The position numbers and the translations under genes were made by a program. From Candidatus Cryptobacteroides sp. (GTDB lineage: Bacteria; Bacteroidota; Bacteroidia; Bacteroidales; UBA932), in assembly GCA_045126075.1 (NCBI GenBank), contig JBGVNX010000010.1:45009-109008 (forward strand): DNA of 64,000 nt. The letters run 5' to 3'. The notes beneath the pieces were generated by a model. It searched no databases. It saw nothing but the letters and a program-made list of their open reading frames with translations, and was not told the origin of the DNA. Below, piece after piece: positions 47,324 to 58,018 of the stretch (the stretch's first letter is position 1; each line of letters opens with the position of its first letter).

Positions 47324-48976
47324 ATGATGAAGAAATCATTCATACTATTACTAGCGGCCGTCCTCATGGCAGCATGTACTCCGATCACACCGGAACAACC
47401 GGATGAACAGGACCGTCCAGGCACTGAGACTCCGGTAGACCCGGAGAACCCAGAGAATCAGGATCCGGACAATCCGGGCGGGCAGGATCCGGATACACCG
47501 GTAGTTCCTGAGCCAGAGGAGCCTCAGGAGTCATATTATGTCGAAGTTGCAGAAAACTTCAGCGACTGGAGCGGTGATTATCTGATCACATATACCTCTG
47601 GAAGCAACGTATTGGTACTCAATTCATATAGTGACTCCAAGGGATATGGAGTTGACATTTCCTCGACGCTGACAGCACAGGGCATCCATTCAGACGATGG
47701 AGACAAGTACAAGGCAGTAGTGGAGAAGTCAGGAAGCGGCTATACCATCAACGTCGCAGGCATCGGCTATCTTGGACTGGAGAGTGCAAAGAACTCTGTC
47801 AATGCCTCGACTTCGGCCCCAGCCAACGACAACTACAAATGGACATTCTCATACAAGGACGGCGGAAGCGTTTGGGTAAAGAACCTGGCCATCAGCAACT
47901 ACAGGCTTCAGTGGAATGCCAGCGCAAACATATTCCGCTGCTACACCGGAAGCCAGGAGGAACTGACCTTATATAGAAGAGGCATCTCGACAGGAGGCAA
48001 CGGCGGCGGGACCACTCCTGGAGGCCCCGACACTGACCAGCCGGTTGATCCGGATCCTGACCAGCCAGACCCAAATCCTGACCCTGATCCTGATCAGCCG
48101 GGAGACGAGGACATCCCGACTCCTGTTCCGGGCCAGAGCGGCAAGTACGGATGGTATGAGTTGCCTGTCATCGAATATTCACAGTCTGGCAGCTATCTGA
48201 TCGACAGCTATGACAAGGATCTCTATTATGCCCACCACATGTGTGCCGGCGGAGAGAAGGGTCCATGCGGAAAGACTGCCAGAAACTACACAGTCTGCTT
48301 CAGCGCGGAGCATCACTGCCCTGTTTGGGTGGCAGCTCCGAGACACAAGATGTACCAGAGCGGTGCCAAAAGAACTGACGCATACGCAAAAGACCCGTCC
48401 ATCCCGGCTGACATCCAGTACAACTCAAAGAGCACCGGAGGCGGATGCAACAAGGGACACATGCTCGGTTCGGCTGAGCGTCTTTCGTCAACAGCGACCA
48501 ACAAGCAGGTATTCTATTACTCGAACATTGCACCGCAATATACAGACACATTCAACACCGGAGGTGGCGGATGGAACACGCTTGAGGACTGGGTCGACGG
48601 ACAGGTCTGCTCTGATACGCTTTATGTGGTGATCGGAGCCTACTTCGACAAATATACAGACCGCAGAGGGTATACCGATTCGCCTGCAACCATATCATAT
48701 GGCGGTCGAAACGACGTAAGCCGTCCAACTATGTTCTACTACATACTTATGAGAACAAAGAGCGGCTCGAGCGGAAAGGCACTGAAAGACTGCAAGACAT
48801 CTGAGATCCAGTGCGCGGCGTTCGTCAGAAGCCACAAGACTCCGAAAGGAGTGAAGGTCAGCGAACAGGACATGATGAGCGTGAGCGACCTGGAGAAGAT
48901 TACAGGATTTACTTACTTCCCTAACGTCCCTCAAGCGCCGAAAACCACATACAAGGCCTCAGACTGGGGACTGTAA
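47324..48976 (+). CDS. DNA/RNA non-specific endonuclease, lipoprotein with Pro/Asp linkers
   Basis: MAAC lipobox; KGHM, FYYSNIAPQ, FN.G..W..LE; start at MMKKSF. Confidence 0.85.
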   Translation: MMKKSFILLLAAVLMAACTPITPEQPDEQDRPGTETPVDPENPENQDPDNPGGQDPDTPVVPEPEEPQESYYVEVAENFSDWSGDYLITYTSGSNVLVLNSYSDSKGYGVDISSTLTAQGIHSDDGDKYKAVVEKSGSGYTINVAGIGYLGLESAKNSVNASTSAPANDNYKWTFSYKDGGSVWVKNLAISNYRLQWNASANIFRCYTGSQEELTLYRRGISTGGNGGGTTPGGPDTDQPVDPDPDQPDPNPDPDPDQPGDEDIPTPVPGQSGKYGWYELPVIEYSQSGSYLIDSYDKDLYYAHHMCAGGEKGPCGKTARNYTVCFSAEHHCPVWVAAPRHKMYQSGAKRTDAYAKDPSIPADIQYNSKSTGGGCNKGHMLGSAERLSSTATNKQVFYYSNIAPQYTDTFNTGGGGWNTLEDWVDGQVCSDTLYVVIGAYFDKYTDRRGYTDSPATISYGGRNDVSRPTMFYYILMRTKSGSSGKALKDCKTSEIQCAAFVRSHKTPKGVKVSEQDMMSVSDLEKITGFTYFPNVPQAPKTTYKASDWGL

Positions 48977-49021
48977 CAAGAGAAACCGACATTACCAATA
49001 GCACAAAACATAATAAAAAAT

Positions 49022-49597
49022 ATGAAAGGTACTTATATATTTCTTGCAGACGGCTTCGAGATTTCCGAGGCATTGACGACTGTCAACATGCTCCGCAGAG
49101 GAGGCATCAACGTAAAGACCGTTTCGATCTATGATGACAGGATCGTGACCAGTTCCAACCGCATCCCTGTGGTAGCAGACATGGCATTCGGAGAGTTTAA
49201 GGCTTCGACCACATTCGGTCCATGTCTTCCGTCTGACGTGATGATCTTCCCAGGAGGAATGCCTGGCTCGGCTAACCTTGCAGCCTTTAAGAAACTGATG
49301 GACATCATGGTACAGCACTATGCAGAAGGCGGTACTGTAGCAGCAATCTGTGCAGCTCCAAGCGTTGTTCTCACCCTCCTGCCAAACATTGAAGGCAAGA
49401 AGATGACATGCTATGACGGCTTCGAGCAGGCTCTCGCAGAGAAGGGAGCTGAGTATGTGAAGGAAGGCGTAGTTGTAGACGGAAACATGATCACAGGTCG
49501 TGGACCAGGCTGGGCTCAGGACTTCGGACTCACTATCCTCGCTCACATCAAGGGTCAGGAAGTTGCTGACAAAGTGAAGGCTGGCCTTATGCTATAA
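49022..49597 (+). CDS. DJ-1/PfpI (ThiJ/YajL) family protein
   Basis: LADGFE, PGGMPG, AICAAP, ITGRGPG. Confidence 0.9.
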   Translation: MKGTYIFLADGFEISEALTTVNMLRRGGINVKTVSIYDDRIVTSSNRIPVVADMAFGEFKASTTFGPCLPSDVMIFPGGMPGSANLAAFKKLMDIMVQHYAEGGTVAAICAAPSVVLTLLPNIEGKKMTCYDGFEQALAEKGAEYVKEGVVVDGNMITGRGPGWAQDFGLTILAHIKGQEVADKVKAGLML

Positions 49598-49630
49598 AAG
49601 CGTCAGCACACAACCAACTAACTACCAACC

Positions 49631-49682
49631 ATATACCAGGAGCTCCGTGCCGCCAAAATGCGGCACAGAGCTCCTGGTATAT
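49631..49682. terminator. Long hairpin between convergent genes
   Basis: ATATACCAGGAGCTC(C)GTGCCGC-N6-GCGGCAC(A)GAGCTCCTGGTATAT, 23-bp stem with one mismatch. Confidence 0.7.
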
Positions 49683-49699
49683 AATTGATATACAGCGAC

Positions 49700-50500
49700 T
49701 TAGGATCCGACATTATCGGAGCGGATGAACAGGATAGCCATGAGCGGAAGGGCTATGATGGCCATTGTTGCGCTGATAGGGAGATAGATGCCAAAGTTGA
49801 CATACTCTGTGACCAGATAGGTTATCAGCAGAAGGGCGACTCCCATAGCGCTTGATATCAGGTAGTGTTTACGTATGTCCGTACTCTTGCATAGAATGCG
49901 GCTGAGGTTAGGAACCCCAAGGGAGATGAAGCCTATCGGACCGCATATTGACACTGCACTTGTAACAAGGAACATGATTGCCAAAAGAAGCAAGGCCTTG
50001 TTCATAGATGAAATCTCTATCTCACCAGAATTGTGACGGGTAAGTGTCTTGGCAGACCTGAGCGCCGTAAACATTCCTACAGCAAAAAGTGACAAGGAGA
50101 AAAGTACATCGAAACCGGTGACACCCTCAAGCCTGAAGTTGGCTGCACCCCAAAGATAATACTGTTTCAGGAGGTCAGGATTAGGAGCATTGGTAACTAC
50201 AATGGTTCCGAGCGAGCCTATGAATGTACCGAAGAGGATACCGAAAGTGATCAGATTACGGGTGCTGACCTTCAAAGTCACGAAGAAGCATATAATAGTA
50301 CAGATCAACGTACAGATAAAACTTCCTACGGTAAGCGAACACCAGCCCGACATGGTAGCTGCTGCAGCTCCAAGACATGCGGCACTTCCCAATCCGAGGC
50401 TATAGACATCACCCAGCTGGTTGCGCCAGAGATACTGCATCTGGACACCGCCGACAGGGAGAGCTATTCCTGACAATATTACAAACAAAAGGTTCAACAT
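49700..50500 (-). CDS. FecCD/BtuC-family ABC permease, divergent and N-terminally short
   Basis: MQ.L.RN.L...LG, G.IGFI.L.VP...R, LP motifs; multi-TM. Confidence 0.7.
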   Translation of the reverse strand: MLNLLFVILSGIALPVGGVQMQYLWRNQLGDVYSLGLGSAACLGAAAATMSGWCSLTVGSFICTLICTIICFFVTLKVSTRNLITFGILFGTFIGSLGTIVVTNAPNPDLLKQYYLWGAANFRLEGVTGFDVLFSLSLFAVGMFTALRSAKTLTRHNSGEIEISSMNKALLLLAIMFLVTSAVSICGPIGFISLGVPNLSRILCKSTDIRKHYLISSAMGVALLLITYLVTEYVNFGIYLPISATMAIIALPLMAILFIRSDNVGS

Positions 50501-50515
50501 GAAGAAATCGACAGA

Positions 50516-51007
50516 TTAGAATTCTGCCTTTGTTATGATATCATACAGGTTCTGACAGCCGTCTTCAAGAAGATCAAGCACGAGGCTGAAGCCTTCCACT
50601 CCCATATAATATGGATCAGGGATATATGACATCTTTCTTACCTTAAGGAAGTCTGCCATCCTGCGGATCTTATGGGTCGCTTCAACTGAAGGAGCCAGGT
50701 GCATGAGATCCTCATAATTCTGATCATCCATTGCTACGATCAGGTCGAACTCCAGAAAGTCAAGACTTGAAACCGGACGAGCCTTATGGGTCAAAGCAAA
50801 ACCCCTATAAAGAGCGGCATTCCTCATACGACGGTCTGGCATCTCACCTCTATGACCGCTGTATGTACCGGCCGAGTCTACCTCTATTTTATCCTGCATG
50901 CCGTTTTCACGGACTATATGCTCAAATATACCCTGAGCTGCCGGAGAACGACAGATATTTCCCAGGCACACGAATAATACTTTATATTTATTGCTGAGTG
51001 TTTCCAT
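50516..51007 (-). CDS. Low-molecular-weight protein-tyrosine phosphatase
   Basis: VCLGNICRS, DSAGT, PDPYY. Confidence 0.95.
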   Translation of the reverse strand: METLSNKYKVLFVCLGNICRSPAAQGIFEHIVRENGMQDKIEVDSAGTYSGHRGEMPDRRMRNAALYRGFALTHKARPVSSLDFLEFDLIVAMDDQNYEDLMHLAPSVEATHKIRRMADFLKVRKMSYIPDPYYMGVEGFSLVLDLLEDGCQNLYDIITKAEF

Positions 51008-52116
51008 TATTTGATTATTATTCTTTCAATTCTCCTTGGAACTGACGTAAGTATCTCGTATGGGATGGTTCCTAATACGTCTGCGAGTTCCGCAATCGTA
51101 GGGTCCTCACCAAAAATTGTTACGGTATCTCCTACCTTCACATCAAGACCGGTGACATCAAGCATGCACATGTCCATACATATGTTACCGATGGTAGGAA
51201 CCTTATGGCCGTTTACCATGAATCTTCCCTTGCCACGGCTGAGATGACGGTCCACACCATCCGCATAGCCCACCGGTATTGTAGCGACCACAGTGCCTTC
51301 TGGGGCAATCTTGCCATGTCTTCCATAACCGATTGTACCATCCTCCGGCTTCAGATGCTTAACCTGCAGAACCTTGCACTTGAATGATGCTACAGGAGCA
51401 AGATGGTTGCCAGGGATTGCACTTACTCCATAGATACCGATGCCCAGACGGACCATATCGAACTGGTATTCAGGGAAACGTTCTATACCTGCAGAATTAA
51501 GGATATGATACATTGGCTTGTATCCTAAAGACTCTGACAAAGCGTCAGCATTATCCTTGAAGAGGTTTATCTGTTCTAAAGTGAATTCGTCACATGATGA
51601 GTCATCTGCTGCCGCCAGGTGGGAATATACCGACTTTACCTTGACTCTATTGCATGTCTTGAGAAAGTCCTGAAGTTCTGCCAGTTCTTCTGACATGAAA
51701 CCTAGCCTGTGCATTCCTGTATCAAGCTTGATATGGACAGGATAATCTGTCACTCCCCTTTCTTCAAGCACATCACACAGAATTCTCAGAGCGCACATGT
51801 TAGGTATACCAGGCTCCAGGCCATAGCTGACAATAGATCCGAAGGAATCCGTTCCGGCAGTAAGAACCATGATCGGCAGCTTTATACCCGCCTGACGAAG
51901 TTCCATTCCCTCTACAGGATATGCCACTGCAAGATAATTTGCCCCTACCTCCTCCATCATCGAAGCAAACTGCACGGCGCCATGGCCATATGCATTTGCC
52001 TTTACCAATACGAGCATCTTGGTCGTATCCTTAAGTCTCGATCTGAAATATCTGTAATTTTCAAGACAGCCGTTGAGATTGATTTCAAGTCTTGAAAAAT
52101 CGCTGCTTATATACAT
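51007..52116 (-). CDS. alr: Alanine racemase
   Basis: VKANAYGHG, KLDTGMHRLG, GYADG, CMDM, TIPYE; start at MYISS, supported by TAATTTTG at 52143-52150 (minus). Confidence 0.95.
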   Translation of the reverse strand: MYISSDFSRLEINLNGCLENYRYFRSRLKDTTKMLVLVKANAYGHGAVQFASMMEEVGANYLAVAYPVEGMELRQAGIKLPIMVLTAGTDSFGSIVSYGLEPGIPNMCALRILCDVLEERGVTDYPVHIKLDTGMHRLGFMSEELAELQDFLKTCNRVKVKSVYSHLAAADDSSCDEFTLEQINLFKDNADALSESLGYKPMYHILNSAGIERFPEYQFDMVRLGIGIYGVSAIPGNHLAPVASFKCKVLQVKHLKPEDGTIGYGRHGKIAPEGTVVATIPVGYADGVDRHLSRGKGRFMVNGHKVPTIGNICMDMCMLDVTGLDVKVGDTVTIFGEDPTIAELADVLGTIPYEILTSVPRRIERIIIK

Positions 52117-52285
52117 GTGAACACCTTGATAAATATCAGTGACAAAATTACTAAATAATCTGATATAAATGTTATTTTTGTGAATGGTCTGCTTTTTGCA
52201 CATAATGCACCCGGCCATAACCAAGGGCTATCTTGTCCCCATACAGACAAAATGGCAGAATATTAACACATAAAATATCATAGAC

Positions 52286-52957
52286 ATGAACATCTGGATC
52301 ATTATGATCATCATCATGGTTCTCAGCATGCTTGTACAGTGGATGCTGCAGAGCCGTTTCAACAAGTATTCACAAGTAGGCCTTCCTAACGGAATGACTG
52401 GAGCAGACGTAGCCAGGAAGATGCTTCAGGACCACGGCATATATGACGTAGAGGTTGTTCCGACAAGAGGCATGCTAACAGACCACTTCAACCCGCAGAC
52501 AAAGACCATTGCCCTGAGCGAGGGAGTATATGCCAGCCGCAGCGTAGCGGCGGCTGCAGTTGCGGCGCACGAGTGCGGCCACGCCGTACAGCATGCGCAC
52601 GGATATGCGGCGCTCCGCATGAGATCGGCACTTGTGCCGGTAGTAAACTTCGCTTCCAATATTGTACAGTGGGTACTCTTGGCAGGTATCATTTTCATAA
52701 ACACCTTCCCTGGACTTCTATGGTTCGGAATCATCCTGTTTGCCACAACTACACTCTTCAGCTTCGTGACTCTACCTGTAGAGATCAACGCCAGCAGCAG
52801 AGCGATCAGCTGGCTGACACAGACTGGCATTACAGATGACAGGACACGTCCTATGGCGATAGACGCTCTCAAATGGGCAGCTTACACTTACGTGATTGCA
52901 GCCCTCGGATCGCTCGCCACTCTTCTTTATTACATAGGACTCGCACGCAGAGACTAA
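52286..52957 (+). CDS. Membrane zinc metallopeptidase (YugP / Zn_peptidase_2 family)
   Basis: LTDHFNP, VAAHECGHAVQ, TLPVE.NAS.RA, AA.TYV. Confidence 0.9.
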   Translation: MNIWIIMIIIMVLSMLVQWMLQSRFNKYSQVGLPNGMTGADVARKMLQDHGIYDVEVVPTRGMLTDHFNPQTKTIALSEGVYASRSVAAAAVAAHECGHAVQHAHGYAALRMRSALVPVVNFASNIVQWVLLAGIIFINTFPGLLWFGIILFATTTLFSFVTLPVEINASSRAISWLTQTGITDDRTRPMAIDALKWAAYTYVIAALGSLATLLYYIGLARRD

Positions 52958-52973
52958 CTAATCCCCAATAATC

Positions 52974-55868
52974 ATGAAACGTTTTATCATCATGGCGGTA
53001 GCGGCTCTTGCCCTGCTGTCAAGCTGCTCACAGTACAAGTATGAGACTGTGGCAAACGATCCGATGAAGACAAAGATGTACACCCTGGACAACGGTCTGA
53101 AGGTGTACATGACCGTCAACAAGGAGACTCCACGCATCCAGACCTACATAGCAGTGAAGGTCGGAGGAAAGAACGACCCTTCCGAGACCACAGGTCTGGC
53201 TCACTACTTCGAGCACCTCATGTTCAAGGGCACAGAGCAGTTCGGAACAGCAGACTATGCTGCCGAGAAACCACTCTTGGACCAGATTGAGGCACTCTTC
53301 GAAGTGTATAGAGTAACTGAGGACGAAGCAGAAAGAGCTGAGCTTTACCGCCAGATCGACTCTATCAGCTATCTTGCATCTGACATCTTCATCCCTAACG
53401 AATATGACAAGCTCATGTCCGTAATCGGAGCAGAAGGCACAAATGCCTATACTTCTACCGACATGACAGTGTATGTAGAAGACATCCCTTCAAACCAGAT
53501 AGAGAACTGGGCACGCATCGAGGCAGACCGTTTCATGCACCCTGTCATCCGTGGTTTCCACACTGAGCTTGAGACTGTATATGAAGAAAAGAACATGTCC
53601 CTCACAAATGACTTCAGAAAGTCTCTCGAAGCGATGGACGGCATCCTCTTCGCAGACCATCCATACGGTACACAGACAGTTCTCGGCACGCAGGAACACC
53701 TTAAGAATCCGTCAGTGACAAATATCAAGAACTACCACAAGACATATTATGTTCCTAACAACATGGCAATCTGTCTGAGTGGTGACTTCGATCCGGACGA
53801 GATGTTGTCAGTCATCGAAAAGTACTTCGGTCAGATGGTTCCTAATGAAGACCTTCCTGAAGTTGATTTCGAAACAAATGTTGTACTTGAGACTCCTGTA
53901 GCCAAGGAAGTATTCGGACTTGATGCAGAAAACATCATGATCGGATGGAAATATCCTGGAGCAGGCACACAGGAAGCGCTTGTTGCTGATGTGGTTTCAT
54001 ATATCCTTTCAAACGGTTCAGCTGGTCTCATCGACCTCAACCTCAACCAGCAGCAGAAGGTTCTTGGCGCACAGGCCATGTCGTATACCCGTCCTGATGC
54101 CGGAGAATTCCTCATTATGGCAAATCCTAAACAGGGCCAGACTCTTGACCAGGTAAAGGATCTCGTTCTTGCAGAGATCGCGAAGCTCCGCGACGGCGAG
54201 TTTGACGAGGCTCTCCTTACTGGTACAATCAACAATCTGAAGCTCAGACAGATGAGAATGCTTGAAAGCAACTCTGACAGAGCTGACATGTTCGTCCAGT
54301 CATTCATCAACGGTACAGAATGGTCTGATGAGGTAGCATGGCTTGACAACCTTGGAAAGGTAACGAAGCAGGACGTCATCGATTGGGCAAGCAAGTATCT
54401 TGCAGACAACAACTATGCTATCATCTACAAGCGTCAGGGTGAGGATAAGACGGTCCAGAAGGTGTCAGCTCCGAAGATCACTCCTATCAAGGCAAACAGA
54501 GATGCTCAGAGTGCATTCCTTGCTGAGATCCAGGCAACAGAGGTTACTCCTATCGAGCCTGTATATGTCGACTACGACAAGGATATGAGCATCTTTAAGG
54601 TGAACGGACTCGAAGTCCTCTACGCCCAGAACGAGCTCAACGACATCACTTCTGTGACATATTCATATAATAAGGGCTATGAGGCCGATCCTACCCTCAA
54701 CCTCGCATTTTCATACCTGAGCTACCTCGGCACACCGACCAGAAGCGCAGAAGAGATCGCGCAGCAGATGTACCAGCTCGCATGCAACTTCCACATGGGC
54801 TCAGGAAGCACCACTACATCGATTTCAGTCAACGGACTTGCCGAGAACATGCCGCAGGCTATGGAGATAGTTGAGGATCTTGCATATAACGCTATCCCTG
54901 ATGAGGCTATTCTTGCCAACCTCAAGGCTGACATGTTCAAGGCACGTACTGATGCAAAGCTCAGCCAGAGCTCATGCTTCAGCGCTCTCCAGGAGTACAT
55001 CCTCTATGGCCCTGAGTTTATCAAGAAGACCACAATGACAGACCAGCAGATCCAGAGCCTCACATCAGAGGAACTTCTTGCAAAAGTAAGAGACCTGCTC
55101 GCTTGCCAGCATGAGATCCGTTATTACGGCCCGGCAACTGAAGCAGAGGCTGCAGAGCTGATCAAGGCCTGTCATAAGATGGATGAAGACCTCAAGCCTC
55201 TTGAGAAGAAACACACCCAGTATCAGACAGTAGACCAGAGCAAGGTATACCTGGCTCCATACGATGCAAAGCAGATCCGCTACATCCAGTTCTCAAACAG
55301 AGGCGAAAAGCTCGATCTTGCAGCAGACCCATACCTGACTCTCTACAACGAGTACTTCGGCGGCGGAATGAACGCCATCGTATTCCAGGAGATGCGTGAG
55401 GCACGCGGTCTCGCCTACTCTTCAAGCGCAAGACTCTACATGCCATCGTTCGCTGATGATTCATATATGTATTATGCTTTCATCGCCACACAGAATGATA
55501 AGATGCAGACTGCCATCGAGGCTTTTGATAAGATAATCAATGATATGCCGGAGTCTGAGAATGCATTCAACATTGCCAAGGAGGCTCTGATCAGCAGGAT
55601 CAGAACCGAAAGGATCTCAGGAAGAGGCGTGCTCAACAGCTACATCAGCGATCGCGAACTCGGCATCACCGAACCACGCAGCAAGCAGATCTTCGAAGTA
55701 GCCCAGACCCTCACCCTCGACGACATCAAGGCAACCCAGCAGAAATGGGTCAAGGACCGCACCTACGTCTACGGCATCCTCGGCGACATCAAGGATCTCG
55801 ACACCGACTACCTCCAGACCCTCGGCCCTGTCCAGGTTCTTACTTTAGAGGAGATTTTCGGGTACTAA
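52974..55868 (+). CDS. M16 (insulinase) family zinc peptidase, lipoprotein
   Basis: LSSC lipobox, HYFEH inverted zinc motif, NAYTS, EMREARGLAYS. Confidence 0.93.
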   Translation: MKRFIIMAVAALALLSSCSQYKYETVANDPMKTKMYTLDNGLKVYMTVNKETPRIQTYIAVKVGGKNDPSETTGLAHYFEHLMFKGTEQFGTADYAAEKPLLDQIEALFEVYRVTEDEAERAELYRQIDSISYLASDIFIPNEYDKLMSVIGAEGTNAYTSTDMTVYVEDIPSNQIENWARIEADRFMHPVIRGFHTELETVYEEKNMSLTNDFRKSLEAMDGILFADHPYGTQTVLGTQEHLKNPSVTNIKNYHKTYYVPNNMAICLSGDFDPDEMLSVIEKYFGQMVPNEDLPEVDFETNVVLETPVAKEVFGLDAENIMIGWKYPGAGTQEALVADVVSYILSNGSAGLIDLNLNQQQKVLGAQAMSYTRPDAGEFLIMANPKQGQTLDQVKDLVLAEIAKLRDGEFDEALLTGTINNLKLRQMRMLESNSDRADMFVQSFINGTEWSDEVAWLDNLGKVTKQDVIDWASKYLADNNYAIIYKRQGEDKTVQKVSAPKITPIKANRDAQSAFLAEIQATEVTPIEPVYVDYDKDMSIFKVNGLEVLYAQNELNDITSVTYSYNKGYEADPTLNLAFSYLSYLGTPTRSAEEIAQQMYQLACNFHMGSGSTTTSISVNGLAENMPQAMEIVEDLAYNAIPDEAILANLKADMFKARTDAKLSQSSCFSALQEYILYGPEFIKKTTMTDQQIQSLTSEELLAKVRDLLACQHEIRYYGPATEAEAAELIKACHKMDEDLKPLEKKHTQYQTVDQSKVYLAPYDAKQIRYIQFSNRGEKLDLAADPYLTLYNEYFGGGMNAIVFQEMREARGLAYSSSARLYMPSFADDSYMYYAFIATQNDKMQTAIEAFDKIINDMPESENAFNIAKEALISRIRTERISGRGVLNSYISDRELGITEPRSKQIFEVAQTLTLDDIKATQQKWVKDRTYVYGILGDIKDLDTDYLQTLGPVQVLTLEEIFGY

Positions 55869-55895
55869 GATTGCCCCAACCGAATACTAAGCAGA

Positions 55896-55940
55896 AATCG
55901 GAAGCCTTTGGTCTGTCAAGGGCTTCCGATTTTCTGTTTT
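55896..55940 (+). terminator. Intrinsic terminator after the M16 peptidase gene
   Basis: AATCGGAAGCCTTTG...CAAGGGCTTCCGATT followed by TTCTGTTTT. Confidence 0.75.
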
Positions 55941-55979
55941 GGGGTCATTGACACCTGCCACTTTCCTTAAAATGGTGCG

Positions 55980-56060
55980 TTGTCCGTAAAAACAACTGAT
56001 TTACGGACAAACTGGGTCGGCAATGAGCAGTTGTCCGTAAAAACGCCCAAATCACGGACA
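55980..56060. repeat. Two tandem palindromic units (51-bp period)
   Basis: TTGTCCGTAAA-N9-TTTACGGACAA and TTGTCCGTAAAAAC...CACGGACA. Confidence 0.7.
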
Positions 56061-56198
56061 GATTCCTATCATAGTGCCTACCATCTGCCACCAAGACGCT
56101 TCAAAAGCCTTTCCTTTGTTCAAATCGTATGACGAAGAGGCCATGAGAGTTTACTAGTCTTAGCTACCGCATGTAGCGAATCCCAACTGAATCACATT

Positions 56199-56237
56199 AA
56201 TCGCCATTCTACGGTCGCAGAATGGCGATTTTGTTTT
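56199..56237 (+). terminator. Hairpin at the left edge of the defence island
   Basis: AATCGCCATTCT-N8-AGAATGGCGATT followed by TTGTTTT. Confidence 0.65.
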
Positions 56238-56261
56238 GGTTGTTAAACATTTGTTAAACCG

Positions 56262-56921
56262 CTATTCAGAACAAGCCTCAATTAATCGACTTACCCAGTC
56301 GGCGAATCGCGGACATTTGGCAAGCATTTCATTGATTCCGACTTCTAGTGCAATCACGTTTCCTTCCAGGACTTTATCGTATTTCTGATTGATTGCCAAC
56401 AATCTTTTTGACGGAGCTGTCTCAGGAGCGGAATTAATATCTTCAGGATTTTCGAATGAATCGACAATATTTTTTGTCTTCGATGACATATCATCTTCCC
56501 AGAGATATTCAAAACCTTTGTTGTTGGAGAACAGCAAAGCCTCAAACTCGTGCAACTGGATGTACGGAATAAAGCGTCTGTCTGCTATCGAATCGCCTAA
56601 TGCCTGCTGTAGGTTTTCGACTCTCTGCAAATCATCACCTGATCGCATTGCCTCGTCATAACCTGGCATATTATTCGGAATACGGAAAAAGTCCACGAAA
56701 CTTGAGACCACAATATTTCCGTCGTGAGGATTACTCAGCAATCCTTTTATCGTATTGTAGAGGTGATGATAATTAACCAATCCTCCTCGTCCTGTCTTGC
56801 CGGTACGTATCAAGATAGGAGTTATAAGACCCACGCCTTTATTACGTAAATATGGAGCCAATACCTCATTTACAAAACTCTGTTCAGTCTGTCCCTCGAC
56901 AACAATATTCAACCTATTCAT
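56262..56921 (-). CDS. DUF4276 family (RloB/TOPRIM-like) protein
   Basis: VVEGQTE, FIPYIQLHEFEALLFS, PEDIN....APSKRL, CPRF..W; TGATG overlap with the ATPase gene. Confidence 0.85.
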   Translation of the reverse strand: MNRLNIVVEGQTEQSFVNEVLAPYLRNKGVGLITPILIRTGKTGRGGLVNYHHLYNTIKGLLSNPHDGNIVVSSFVDFFRIPNNMPGYDEAMRSGDDLQRVENLQQALGDSIADRRFIPYIQLHEFEALLFSNNKGFEYLWEDDMSSKTKNIVDSFENPEDINSAPETAPSKRLLAINQKYDKVLEGNVIALEVGINEMLAKCPRFADWVSRLIEACSE

Positions 56922-58018
56922 CACAGTTGTCCTCCTATAAGATTTGTCTCCCACATATCACTGATAGAATAGTTATACTCATCCATCCACACAGACAGGT
57001 CTGCCGGATTCAAACGTTTAAATACAGTCTGTTCATCTTCCCTATCTACCACGATGATATTCTCCGGCTCAAAGCAGTTAACCAGATTAGTTGACTGGGT
57101 TGACAGTATTATCTGACTGCTCTTGGATGCTCTTTTGATGAGGGCTGCCAACTTATTGATTGCTGCAGGATGAAGTCCTAGTTCCGGTTCATCGATAATA
57201 ATGACTTCTGGAAGTTTTGACTGGAGCAGCAACGTAGCCAATGCAATAAAACGAATTGTGCCATCAGAAAAGCTATAGCCGTTCAGATACATATCCGAAT
57301 TTACCTCCTCCCACTCCAAAGATATCTTAGATGGGGTTACAGGATCCGGCCTCAAGTTAAACCTCTTGAAGTAAGGAGCGATTGAATGTATCGTACCTTC
57401 AATCAAGCGGAAAGCCTTTTCATCCGTCTGCTTGAGCATATAAAGATATGCTGCCAGATTTGATCCATTATCACGCAGGAACGAATTATCATTAATCTCA
57501 CATTGTCCTCGCATTGGAGAAGAGGAGCTTGTGTCGTGGAAATGATAGACGGTAAAGCTTCTGAGATATGAATTCAGATAATATGCCCGGCCATACATCT
57601 TTCCCATAAGATTAGATTCCTCTACCGCTGAGTCCCAAAAGGTTCTATGCCATTGACCTAAGTAATCTTTAGTACTTTCCCCGCGTTTATTAAAAAAATC
57701 TCCAGTATTGTCAATATATCCCTTATTTGACTGAGCCGGCTTCAATGTAAAAAAGAACGCATTAGTATTCTTAAAATCCATCAGGCCATACATCTCTTTT
57801 GAGATCTTTCGACCACGATACAGAAGATTATCGATTCCTCCCTTGTCCAAGGTATAACTGCCGAAACGCTGTTCGAAGATAGCCTTAGCCATCTCAAAGA
57901 ATGAGATGAAATTACTCTTTCCCACACCATTTGAGCCAATCAGGACATTCAGATTGGTCAATGGCAACTCCAAGTCTCTGATCGACTTGAAATTCTTTAT
58001 GATAACATTCTCTATCAT
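56921..58018 (-). CDS. AAA_21 / ABC-type ATPase
   Basis: NFKSI, GSNGVGKSN, SDGT signature, IDEPELGLHP, STQS; TATATTTG at 58039-58046 (minus). Confidence 0.9.
   Translation of the reverse strand: MIENVIIKNFKSIRDLELPLTNLNVLIGSNGVGKSNFISFFEMAKAIFEQRFGSYTLDKGGIDNLLYRGRKISKEMYGLMDFKNTNAFFFTLKPAQSNKGYIDNTGDFFNKRGESTKDYLGQWHRTFWDSAVEESNLMGKMYGRAYYLNSYLRSFTVYHFHDTSSSSPMRGQCEINDNSFLRDNGSNLAAYLYMLKQTDEKAFRLIEGTIHSIAPYFKRFNLRPDPVTPSKISLEWEEVNSDMYLNGYSFSDGTIRFIALATLLLQSKLPEVIIIDEPELGLHPAAINKLAALIKRASKSSQIILSTQSTNLVNCFEPENIIVVDREDEQTVFKRLNPADLSVWMDEYNYSISDMWETNLIGGQL

Noticed and set aside
55980-56060. CRISPR array
   Set aside because: Only two imperfect units with a 20-nt gap; no cas genes
56140-56200. 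Intact tRNA gene
   Set aside because: No GTTC T-arm or D-arm; at most a 3' remnant
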